A stretch of 64,000 bases of DNA from Cyanophora paradoxa CCMP329 (taxonomy: Eukaryota; Plantae; Glaucophyta). A program made the position numbers and the translations under genes. The notes under the pieces were generated by a model. It saw nothing but the letters and a program-made list of their open reading frames with translations. It was not told the DNA's origin and searched no databases. Positions within the stretch are counted from its first letter, which is position 1. Each line of letters begins with the position of its first letter. Shown piece by piece: positions 22,250 through 33,400 of this stretch. The DNA is taken from assembly GCA_004431415.1 (NCBI GenBank), contig QPMI01000457.1, positions 62,001 through 126,000 on the forward strand, written 5' to 3'.

Positions 22250-25200
22250 ATGGATCCAGTGGCCATCCTTCGCGGCATCGTTCAGGTGCCTCGACCGGCC
22301 GCCGCGCGAAGCCGCGCCGCCGCTGAGCGCGGGCCCCATGATCAGGTCGCCCTCACGATCCGCGACGTGGCCCAGACAGTCAAGCTCAACAAGGCCAAAT
22401 GCCAGCGGCTGGCTCGACGCGTGCAAGACCTGATTCCAACCCTCGAAGGTGCGCGCGCGCCGCGCGCATATGCATGCCGCGATTGCATTTGCAAGCGGAG
22501 CGCGGGGCGCATGCGCAGCGCTGTCGAGCTCGCCGCGGGCGTGCAGCGAGCAGGCGCGCGGGGCGGCGGAGTCGCTGCTGTGCGCGGTGCAGGAGGCGGA
22601 GGCGCTCGTGCGCAAGTCGAGCGCGCGGGGCGGCTCGGCGCTGCAGCGGGCGGCGGCGCTGGTGACGCTCTGGGCGGACGCGGAGGCCTTCGACGAGGTC
22701 CACGTCGGAATGGACCGCGCCCTCTCTACTCTCACCGCCGTCCTCCAGGCGCCCGCCCGCCCGCCTCTGGAGTCTATAAAGGCGCCTTCCGCGCCCCGCC
22801 CCGCGCGCGCTGACGTCGCTCAGGTGCGGCTGGAGGAGCGGGCAGCGACGGCGGAGGAGCGGGCGGCGGACGCGGCGGAGGACGCGCGGGCGCTGCAGGA
22901 GGCCCTGGCCGAGGCCGGCGACGCGCGGGCCCGGCGGGACGCCGGCGCTGCCGAGCCCCGCGTCGTCAAGGAGCGGGAGGTCAAGGTGCCCCCTCCCCGC
23001 CCGCCCGCGCCCCCGCGCCCCGCCCCGCCTCGCTGAGGCCCCTGGAAGGTCCGCTGGGCTGAGCGGCTGGGCGTGGCGGGGAGCGGCGTCTTCCGCGGCG
23101 AGTGGCTCGGCCTCCCCGTCGCCGTCAAGCTGGCCCGCCCCGCCCCCGCCCGCCCGCCCTCCTGAAGGCTGTGCTGAGCGGCGGGGCCGTGCAGGTGCCG
23201 TCGGGCGGAGCGAGCGGGGCCGGGCGGAGGCGGAGCGGCAGGCGGCGCTGCACGGGGCGGCGCGGCACGCGCACGTCGTCGGGCTCCTGGGGGCCTGCGT
23301 GCGCCCCGCCGGCCGCTCCGCCGCCGACGGGGGCCCGAGGGCGAGGCCCTCCTCCTCGTCATGGAGCTCCTCGAGGGTCCGCCGCCCCCGCCCGCCCGCC
23401 CCGCGCGCTCTGCCTGGGCCCTTGTATTGACCGGGGCACGGGCCAGGCGGGACGCTGGCGGAGGCGGCGCGGGCCGGGCGGCGCGGCGGGCGGCGCCGGA
23501 GGAGCGGGCGGCGCAGCTGCTGCCCGTTGCGAGGGCCCTGCACCACCTCTCGAGCCTGCCCGACCCCATCGTCCACGGCGCGCCCGGCCCGGCACCGGCC
23601 CTGACTCCGGCGGCGCCGCCCTGACGCTAGTCCGGTGCAGGGGACGTGCGACCGGCGAACGTGCTGCTGACGGCGGGGGGCGTCCCCAAGCTCGCCAACT
23701 TCCGCGCCGCCCGCCGCGCCTCGGGGGCGCGCGCCGGGGCCGCCCCCCGGCCCCCCGACTCGCCCACCTACGCCCCGCCCGTGCGCTCGGTCCCTCGCCC
23801 CGCCCCGTTCCGGCCAGAGCCCGAGCGGGCGGGCGCGGGCAGGAGCTGTGGGTGGCGGGGGCCGGCCCCAGCGAGGCGGGAGATGTCTACTCCTTCGGCT
23901 GCACCCTCTACGCGCGCCCGCCCCGCCCGCCCCGCCCCCCCGCGCCCTTAGCTGACGGTCCTGGGCAGGAGGCGGTGGCGGGGCGGGCGCCGTGGGAGGG
24001 CACGGGGCGCGAGGAGGCCTTCCGGCGGGCGCACGGGGTCGGGGAGCGGCCGCCGATGGACGGGACGTGGCCGGGCCCGCTCCGCAGCCTCCTCGCGAGC
24101 TGCTGGCAGGCCGACCCCGCCCGCCGCCCCGACTTCGGCCTCGTCGTCCAGGCGCGCGCCCTAGCTCCCAAGGCGCTGCCTTCGCCTGCCCGGCGCACTC
24201 CTCACCACGCCGTCGCAGACGCTGGAGTCCCTGGCGGGCCTGGGGCCCGCCCCCGAGCTGGGGCGGCCCTTCCGCCCCGAGCTGCCGGCGCCGCCGCTGG
24301 TGGTGGACCCCAGCGGCCCGCCCCGCTGCCTCCGCAGCATCGCTGAGGCGCTCCGGCGGGCCGCCCCGGGCCAGGACATCCACATCCGCCCCGGCCTGTG
24401 CGCCCCCGCTCTTCCCTGTTCGCTTCGGCGCCGGCGTGTGAGCGGGGGCCGCCAGGTACGACGAGGGGGCGCCGCTGGTGCTGGACCGCGACGTGCGCCT
24501 CATCGCCTCCCCCGGGGCCGTCCTCGAGTGCCGCGCCGGCCCCGCCCTGCACTGCCGCGGGCCGGCGGCGCCCTACGTCTCGGGCCTTGCGGTGCGGGGC
24601 CGGGGCGCGCGGCACGTGGCCGTCTTCGTCTCGGAGGGCAGCCGCGCCCGCCTGGATGGGGTCGAGGTCACCTCCGAGGGCCTCGCCTGCATCGAGGCCC
24701 GCCCCCCGCCGCCGCTCTCTCGGCGCCGCCCTTACGATTCGCGTCAGGTGCGGGACCCCGGGACGCGGCCGCAGCTGCGGGGGTGCGGGGTGCGGGACGG
24801 CCCGCGGGCCGGAGTGCTGGTGCGCCTCGGGGCCGAGGCGCTCCTGGAGGCCTGCGACGTCCGCGGCTGCGCCCGCGCCGGCGTCGAGGTCTGCGGGGCG
24901 CGCCCCACGCTCCGCGCCTGCCGCATCTCCGGCGGCGCCGGCGCCGGCGTCTTCGTGCACTGCGCCGGCGGGGGCCTCGTCGAGGGCTGCACCATCGAGG
25001 GCAACCGCAAGGCCGGGGTGGAGGTCGCCGGCGAGGGCGCCTGCCCGACCCTCCGCGGCAACGCCGTGCGTGGCTGCGGCGGGCCCGGCATCGCCTTCCT
25101 CGGCGGGGCGAGCGGCGCGGCCGAGGAGAACGCGGTGGCCGGCTGCGGCGGGGCCGGCTTCGAGGTGGACGCCTCGGCGCGCCCGCTCCTCCGCGGCAAC

Positions 25201-25828
25201 ACCCTCGACGGGCGCGAGTTCGGGCCCCGCCGCGACCCCTCGAGCTCCTCCTCCCCCTCCCCGCAGCTGAGCGGGGGCGGGCACCGACGGCCCCAGCTCC
25301 CCTGCGCCGGGCGCCCCCGGTCCGCCTCCCTCCCGACCCTCGCCGTCCACATCCCGGACGCCGCCGCCTCCGAGGCCGCCCCGGGCCCCGGCCGCCCTCC
25401 TCGCCGCCCCAGCCGCCCCCGGACCGCCCCGCCCGCCCGCCACCAGGACCCGCCCCGCCTCCGCTGGGAAGAATGCCGAGCCGCCTCGCTCCCACCCGGC
25501 GGCCCCGCAGGCGCTGGTGCGCGCCCCTCGTCAGCACGACCGGCCCCGCCCGCCCGCCCACGCCGCCCTCGCGCAGGGGCGCGGGCGGGCGCAGTCGGCG
25601 GCGGACCTGCGCATCGGGCGGCCGGCCTCTCCCGAGCCTGAGTGCGAGCCCGGTGAGGCCGCGGCGCGCCCCAAGGGTGCCCCGCCCCCCGCCCATCCCA
25701 GTCTAGCCCGCCCCGGCCTCTCCACTCTAAGCCTCGCTCGGGCAGGTGCGCTGCGGCGGCGGGCCTCGGCGGTCTCGACGGCCGTGCGCGTGCTCGAGGC
25801 GATCGCCGCCAAGGGCGCCAGCAGCTGA
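22250..25828 (+). CDS. MLKL-like protein: N-terminal four-helix bundle + TKL-type pseudokinase + right-handed beta-helix (PbH1/CASH) domain
   Basis: Exons 22250-22285, 22346-22448, 22519-22748 and 22824-22985 give MDPVAILRGIVQVALTIRDVAQTVKLNKAKCQRLARRVQDLIPTLE...VQEAEALVRKSSAR...AFDEVHVGMDRALSTLTAVLQV. Kinase motifs: VAVK, HAHVVGLLGAC, HGDVRPANVLL, KLANFR, YAPPE, DVYSFG, CWQADPARRP. Beta-helix: SIAEAL...IHIRPGLY followed by GVxVxxxxxxxLxxCxI repeats. Two or three 1-bp frameshifts at 23195-23480; 3' end uncertain (25641 or 25828). Confidence 0.85.
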
Positions 25829-26287
25829 GCCCGCTCGGCGACGGCGTTCCCAAAGGCGCACCTCGTCTGCTTCTTTTGCATGTAGTAGCTACAGGAATAC
25901 GTTTCGTTGGCAGCTGCAGGCACGGCGATTTAAAACGCTGGCCATGGCTCCACGGTTATTGTCTACGCCGCCCCCTCTCGTTTCTGGCCTCCTAGGATCA
26001 CGGGGCTCAGCGGCTCTCGCCTTTGATAAACGCCTCAACCTGGCAAGCTTACTCTGGATCTGCAAAGGCTTGGTACGGTTTTCGAATTAGAGGAAAATGT
26101 ACATACGATACCGCGCTTCCTGCAGCTGTACGCAGGCTCGGTTTGGATTTATATATGTACATGTATACGATATGTATCGCACTCCGCTAAATCTCATGAT
26201 CATAGTCATGATCAGCTTGTCTAGATCTGCTGGCCGTGGGCTGCAGCTGGTCCAGCGGGCCCGGAGGCCTCGCGACCGCGCTCATGA

Positions 26288-28228
26288 TCAGGCCGCGAAT
26301 TCGAGCGAGGCGAGGGAGGCGGCCCCGGCGGCGAGGAGGAGGGCGAGGGCGGCGGCGAGGGGCCCGCCGGGGCGGCCCGGGCCGCCCGAGGCGCGCGGGG
26401 CGGCGAGGGCTGCCAGGCGCGCCTCCTCCTGCGCCAGCCGCCCGCACTCGGCGGGAGGGCGGCCCCCGTACCCCGGCGACGAGATCAGCGGCCCCTGGCA
26501 GAACTGCTCGAGGGGGTACCCCGCCTTGACCTCGTGGCACTGCGCGTTGCCCCAGCACCTGCGCGCGCGCCGGTGAGTCTCTTCTCGACGGGGAAGGATC
26601 GGGCGGGGGGTACGGGGGCACCAGGCGCATCCGCGGCTGGCGGCGCACTCGGCGCAGGAGCTCCGCGAGGGGCACGCGACCCGCGGGCAGTCCCCCTTCT
26701 GCTCCGAACATCAGAGCAAACCAAGATTTAAGTTTAATGGAAGGGAGGGGGCACCACGAGGGCGGTGCGGTTGCAGGGTACGGAGAAGCGGCCGGAGACG
26801 GGCTCCACCTCCACACACGCGTTCGCGTCCCCGCACCTGAGGGGGGGGGGAGTCAGGGGCGGGGGGGCGAAGGGTGGGACGGGTGGGACGGGTGTAGCGG
26901 CCGGCGCGCCAGCCGCAGGTGCGCTGGGCGGTGCAGGCGTCGCAGGAGGGGAACGCCGCGCAGGGCGGGGGCGCGGCGGCCGCCCGGGCCCCCGCCGGCC
27001 CCCCCGCCGCCCCGCACTGCCCGCCCCAGTACGACCACCTGCGCGCGTAAGACAAAGAGGGGGGAGGAACCGGGGTGGGGGTAGGGCGGACTTGGTGCAG
27101 GGCATGGGGGCGGCGCCGGTGAGCGGGGCGGCGGAGGAGCCCTGCCCGATGAGCGAGGAGGCGGGGGAGCCGCCCCCGGAGCCGAAGGCCGGCAGCACGC
27201 TCCGCACGCAGCCCTGCCAGTGCCGGGGGAGGGGGGGTACAGCGTCGGAGTGCCGGGTACACGTTTTGAGCAGAGAAAGGAATCGGGGGGGGGGGGGGGG
27301 GGGGAGGACCTGGACGTCGTCGCACCAGCCGCAGCCGGCGCGGAAGGTGCACTCGGCGCAGGTCGCGTACCCCAGGCAGGAGCCGCCCTGCGTCAGCCAG
27401 CACTGCTCGGGGCGCGCGACGAAGCGGCCCCCAGCCGACCCCTCCGACCCTGCGCGCGCGTCTCTCGGGTCTTGGAGGGGAGCGGGTAGGGTAAGTGAAA
27501 TGGTGCCGGCGCGCCGTCGGCGGCGCCGCAGGGGATCATCGGCTTGTCCCCGGTGGCCCGGAGGCACTGGCCGGCCCGCTGTCTTCAGCCGCCGGCGGGC
27601 AGCGGGGAGGGCGGAGGAGGCCCGCGGCGGACCTTGCTCCGGGCCAGGCACCAGCCGCAGCCGAACTCGGACGCGCACTGCTCGCAGGCCCCCAAGTTGT
27701 CGCACTGGTTTCGCGTCAGCGCTAGCGCTGGCGGGGAGAGCCGCGCTGGCGGGGCGCCGCGCGGCCGGACCTTGGACGGGCAGTAGCCGGCGTTAGTTAC
27801 AGAGCAGCCGGAGGAAGCGCACCGAGCTCCGTTCGAGCACCAGCCGCACTTCAATGGCGAGCCGACGCACTCGTCGCAGCCCTTGATGAAAGAGCACGGG
27901 TCCGCTGCGAGCAGGAGCGTAAGCGACGTAATCGGACGATTCAACGCGACGTGAAGCTCAAGCGCGCGGGGAGGCGTGGGCGGTGGCGGAGGTGGAGGTG
28001 GTGCCGCCTGCAAACGCCGTCGTTCAGGTCAGGTACCAGTTCAAATTGCTGATGAAACCGATTTCTCACCGCGGCGGGCTGATCGAGGCTCGCGGCGGGC
28101 CGATCGGAATTTGCGGTCGAGCTTTGCGGTTGCGCCCAGGCTCCGCCGGTCAGCCCAAGCACGCAAACCGCAATCGCGAGAGTGCGCAGCTGAGCGCAAG
28201 GCACGCGGGAGTCGCGGCGGGCCGGCAT
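26288..28228 (-). CDS. Secreted/GPI-type PSI (plexin-semaphorin-integrin) repeat protein
   Basis: Signal peptide LAIAVCVLGLTGGAWA; four CxxxxxCxxC...CGWC repeats (e.g. CSFIKGCDECVGSPLKCGWC, CDNLGACEQCASEFGCGWC); hydrophobic tail PLAAALALLLAAGAASLASLEFAA*. Confidence 0.8.
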
Positions 28229-28401
28229 TTGCCTCGAGTTCCAATTTGGGCGTACCCCCCTCAAAACACGACTGGCCTGGCCCGCAGCTGAAGAGTGGCT
28301 CCAGGGCGCGCCGCGGTGTAAGGCCTTCGAGCCTGCGCCCACGCGAACCCATCGATCGAGCCCGAGGGTCGGGAAACGTCCAGCCCGGGAGGTGATCTAC
28401 A

Positions 28402-30410
28402 ATGGAGGTAGAGCAAGGTGCGATCGTTTCGGGTTTCGAGCTTCAGCGCGAATTCGAATGTTTCCTAAGCACCCCGGGCTCCGAAAAGCTGCTGACTCGC
28501 CGTAGCTCGCGGATCGGGCCCCGAGCCCGCTGGGCTCTGGCCCCCCACGGTTGACGCCGTTTCACTGAAGGAGTTCTTCGCGCACGAGGTCTTTTCAAGC
28601 CCGATCTCCGCCCTTCGCGCCCTCTGGGGGACAGGCTCCTAACCCGACCCCCGCATCCGCCGGTACGCGCAGACCGAGCTCTGCAACCTGCTCCGGAAGT
28701 ACCGGCCCACCAATACTCGGGACCAACGAGACAGTGCCGCTAGGAACGCGTTGGTGCGTTCGTGCAGTTTGCGCGCCAAGCGTGCCTCGTCAGTCTCAGC
28801 GGCCCGCAGGCGAGCCAGATTGCGCGAGACCACTTGACTATCGAGAAGGTTGGAGTGCTAGAGAAGCCAACGGCTGAGGAGTTCCTTGCCAAGGTTGGTG
28901 TCTTACCCTTCCCAACTTCCAATTGCGGTCTGCCCTGGATCGGATCGTGGGCCCCGGTCGCCTTCGCGGGCATTTTGGGGGACCTTGTAGAGATAATTTC
29001 TCTCTGGCATCGTGTATGCAAGCGATCCGATCCAGGATGCTGACCGCCTCGCCCCGGCGCAGTGCATCCAGCACGACGAGCCGTTTCTCCTCCGCGACTC
29101 AGTCGTTACGCGGGAGAAGGAGCTATGGAGCACCGCGACGATCGAGAAGGTCGGCTCGTACGAGCACCGCGTTCGCGACCTGGTCCGGGAGGGCGACGTG
29201 CGCATGAACATCGGGGTCTTCCTCGAGAAGCACATCATCCGGTGCGATTGTTTCCTTCCATCAAAAGGAACCGGCGGTGCGCACGCGGCTTCTGACAAGT
29301 GCGCCCGCGCTCGGCCGGAGCAGCGACGAGCTGGACGTTGACCGGGACCAGCTGTACTACCTGATGGACCTGCAGGCGCTGGATTACGTACCCGAGCTGT
29401 ACGACGACATCGAGCTGCCCGACTACCTCCGGGACGACCAGTGCGCCGGCCCCGCCCGCCTTGGCGATCCGATTCGCCGATTTGATCCGCGGGCAGCCCG
29501 GACAACCTGATGAGCACGAGCCCGCGGCACACGCACGTCGTCCACGTCGGCGGGCGGCTCACGTACTCGGGCCTGCAGCTGAACCCAGGGGGCACGTGGT
29601 CGTGGCACTACAACGCGGGGCCCTCGGCGCGCGCCTTCATGGTCTTCGGGGCGAACCAGGCGGCGACGCTGCGGGAGTACACCGCGATGCGGGACCTGCT
29701 GATCCGGCGCCCGCCCTTCTACGTGCCCCTCGAGGTCTTCGTCAAGCAGCGCATCATGCCCCGCATGGTCGTCGTCCAGGTGGCCGCCCCCGCCCCGCCC
29801 CGCCGCATCCGCGCCCCGCCGCCGAGCCGCCCGCCGACGCCGCCCCGCAGCCCGGTGAGCTGGTGGTCATCCCCGCCAACTGCGCCTACCAGGTCCTCAA
29901 CTACGTGCGTACCCCCCTGCCCCCCGCCCCCCCGGGCGGCCTGGGCCGGGCCGGGCCGAGCGGGCGGGGGCGCGCAGGGCGAGAACATCTCGATGTCGGG
30001 CTCGTTCCTGCCCTTCCAGAAGGCGCTGGCGGCGCTGGAGCAGCTGCGGCGGGACCGGCTGCTCGTCCGCGGGGCGACCTCGAGCGCCTCGGTCAAGAAG
30101 CTCGTCTGGAACTACGTCATCCGCCTCCTCAAGCGCGGCAACGAGATCTTCGCGCCCGGCAAGGACCCCGGCGCCTGCACCCTCCAGCTCCCCGGCGGCC
30201 GCCGCCGCGCCGGCAGCGACGGCGGCGAGAGCTCGTCGCCCACCTCCCCGGGGCCCCTCACGAGCCCGCGGCCGAACACGGGCGAGTCGGCGCCGCCGCT
30301 GCTCTCGCCGACGGGGACGGGCGGGACGTTCACGGCGGCGATGGTGCTGGCCGGCATGTTCGGCGGGCCCGAGGACCAGGAGAAGGCGAAGAACATGCAG
30401 GCCAAGGCCC

Positions 30411-30449
<39 letters not shown>

Positions 30450-33400
30450 TCGGGGACTCGAGCGGGCCGCGGGGCGACGGGAGCCCCGTGCTCGGCTCCA
30501 GCTCGGCCTCGGACTGCCCCGTGCCGCCGCCCATCGCCGACGGCTCCAAGCCGCTCGCCGTGGGCAGCGTCGTCCAGGTCGCGGCGCCCCCGGGCAGGGC
30601 GCCCCCAAGCCCCAGGACGCCCCCGCCGACCCGCCGGCGGCGGCGGCGGCCCCGGAGGCCGCCAGCGGGCGGCCGGCGGGCGGGGTGCGGCCCTCGCTGG
30701 AGATCAAGCTGCCCTCGTCGGCGGGGACGGGGGTCACTCCCGCCGGCGGCACGTCGGCGACGGGCGCGATGGACGTCGTGGAGGTGATCGTCACCCCGCA
30801 GGGCGCCGACGCCGAGCCCTCCAGCGCCCCCGCCCGCGCCGCAGCCGCCGCCACGGCGGCCCCGGCCGCTGCGGCGGCGGCGGCGGCGGCGGCGACGGTG
30901 AGCCCGTCGAAGGAGAAGGCGCACGAGGGGGACGTCAAGGAGGAGAAGGACGGGGCGAAGGCGCCCTTCGCCTTCGCGGACGGCCCCCTCGTCCCCGGCG
31001 GCTCCACCTTCGCCATGAAGGGGCCCCACGGCACGCCCCTCTCCCCGGGGGCGGCCGCCCTGCCCGCCCCGGGCTCGATCCTCTCCCCGGCCTCGTCGGT
31101 GGCGATCAAGGCGGAGGGGCGGGAGGAGCACGGGGCGGCGGGGGCCGAGGGCGGCGACCCCGCGACGCCGCCGCTGGGGGCGGAGAACGAGGCGGCGGTG
31201 CGCAAGGAGCTGCTGGAGCGGCTGCGGCCCCTCCTCCGCGCCTTCTTCCTCATGCTCGAGGAGGAGCAGAGTGCGCCCCGCCCCGCCCCGCGCCCTCTGG
31301 CGCGCCCGCCGCGCCGCGCGGCTCACCGGGGCGCGCCCGCAGCGATCGAGGGGAAGCCGCGGCTGGTGCCGGACTGGGAGGACCACAAGCTGACCCCGAA
31401 GCTCTCCCAGCAGAGCCTCGCCCAGTGGGTCAAGCGCTCCCGCTCCGGCGACGAGCAGGTGCTGTACATCAACCGTATCATCTGCGACTGCTGCGAGTCG
31501 GAGATCTTCAACGTGCACGTCCACTGCGACGACTGCGCGCCCGACGAGGACATCGGCACGCTCCCCTCCACGCGGGGCCCCGCCGCCCCCGAGGACCCCG
31601 ACGAGGGGGCCATCTCGGGGGACTACTGCCTCCCCTGCTTCGAGTCGGCGGGGCTGGACGCGCGCACGCGGGCGAAGATGCCGACGAAGCACCAGGCCTG
31701 GCACCGGGGCGAGTCCCGCGAGCGCATCCGCCACGCCCGCATCCGCGAGGTCGCCCGCGACCTCCTCCTCCTCCGCGACGCACTCGAGCGCGGCGTGCGT
31801 CCCGCCCCGCCCCGCCCCGCCCCGCTCCGTCTGCTCTGCCCGCCTCGCCGCCGGCCGGCCCTGACCCCGTCGCGTCGTGTCGCGCAGGCGGCCGTGGGCT
31901 CGGTGGGCCCCTTCAACAGCCGCGCGTGGGAGCCCTTCCAGGGCGAGGCGCGCCCGCACCGGGAGCCCCACGGCGGCCCCCCGGCCTCCTCGCGCCCCCG
32001 GGCCCCCGCCACTCGGCGGGCGGCTCCGGGGCCGGCGCGGCTGGGGCGGCGGGGGCGGCGCTGGGCGGGTACGAACGGGCTCGGGGCGCCGCGGTGCAGC
32101 AGCAGCACCACTACCAGCAGCAGGCGGCGCCGGCGCTGGGGCGGGAGGACTCGAAGTACCAGGCCTTCAACGCGCTGCGGCGGGTGCTGCGGAACCACCC
32201 CAAGGTCAAGGCCGACCTCAAGCGCTACTGCAAGGGCAAGCCCCGCGGCGTCGACAGCCTCAAGAAGTCCGAGCTCATCGAGCTCGCCAACGAGCTCGGC
32301 ATCGACCTCGCGCCCTTCGACGCCTACGTCAACTCGGGGCGGCCGTCGGACGGGCCGGCCCCCGCGGCGGCCCTCGCCGCCGGGCACCACGGGGAGGCGC
32401 CGGGCGGCGCCGGGACCACGAGGCGGCGGCGAAGCGGCGGAAGCTGCCGGCCGGCGGCTACGCGGCGATGGCGTCGGGCGGGCGGTGGCGGACAAGGCGA
32501 AGCGGCGGCGGGACTACGACGAGCAGCTCGGGGAGCTCAGGCGGCTGCTCGCGAACCACCCGGAGGTCCGCGGGCCCAGCGGGGCGGCCGGCGGCGGCCT
32601 CCTCGCCGGCCGGCCCCGCGGCGTCTACTCCATGTCCAAGCACGAGCTCCTCGAGCTCGCCACCCAGCTCGGTGCGCCCGCCGCCTCCCGCGCCGCCGCG
32701 ACCGCGACCGCGCCGCGGTCTGTCTGTCTGACGGCGCTGCGCGGCGCGGCAGGGATCGACCTGACGCCGTTCGACGCGTTCGTGCACGCGGGCGGCGCGG
32801 CTACGAGTACGCCGGCGAGGCGGGCGCCGAGGACCTCGACGCCGGCGACGTGCGCCCGCCCCCGCCCGCCCCGCCCGGCCCGGCGCCGACCCGCGCGCAG
32901 AGCGGGGACGAGGTGCTGGGCTGGGACGACGACGACGGCGGGCCGGACGCCGGGGCGACGCTCTCCGACGGGGACGCCGACTACGTGGACGAGGGCCCGC
33001 GGCGCAAGCGGCGCCACGCCTCGCGCCCCCGCCACCTCGACGACTCCTACGTCGACGACTTCGAGGCGCCCGTCCCGCGCCAGGCCTCCAAGCGCCGCTC
33101 CGAGACGGCGCCCTACGTCGGGGCCGACCCGGCCCTCGCCGGGGGCTACGGGGCGGCCGCGGCGGCGCCGGTGCCGCTGGCGACGCTGCCGGCGACGGCC
33201 TTCGCGGACCTCGAGCTGAGCCCGGCGCTCGTGGCGGCGATCAACCGGAACGAGCTCTGCGCGCGCATCCGCGACCACGAGGCGTACCGCTCGGACCGCT
33301 CCCGCTTCCTCGGCGGCAACGCCAAGGCCATCAACAACCTCCCCAACGCCCGCCTCATCGAGATCGCCGGCGAGCTCTCCATCGACGTCCCCGTCCGTGC

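Noticed and set aside
23195-23480. Programmed frameshifting or RNA editing (C insertion) to repair the frameshifts
   Set aside because: No slippery motif; sequencing error in C/G runs is the simpler explanation until reads are examined.
15217-27304. Long poly-G runs (15217-15240, ~21376-21414, ~27284-27304)
   Set aside because: Intronic or intergenic homopolymers of unreliable length; no evidence of function.
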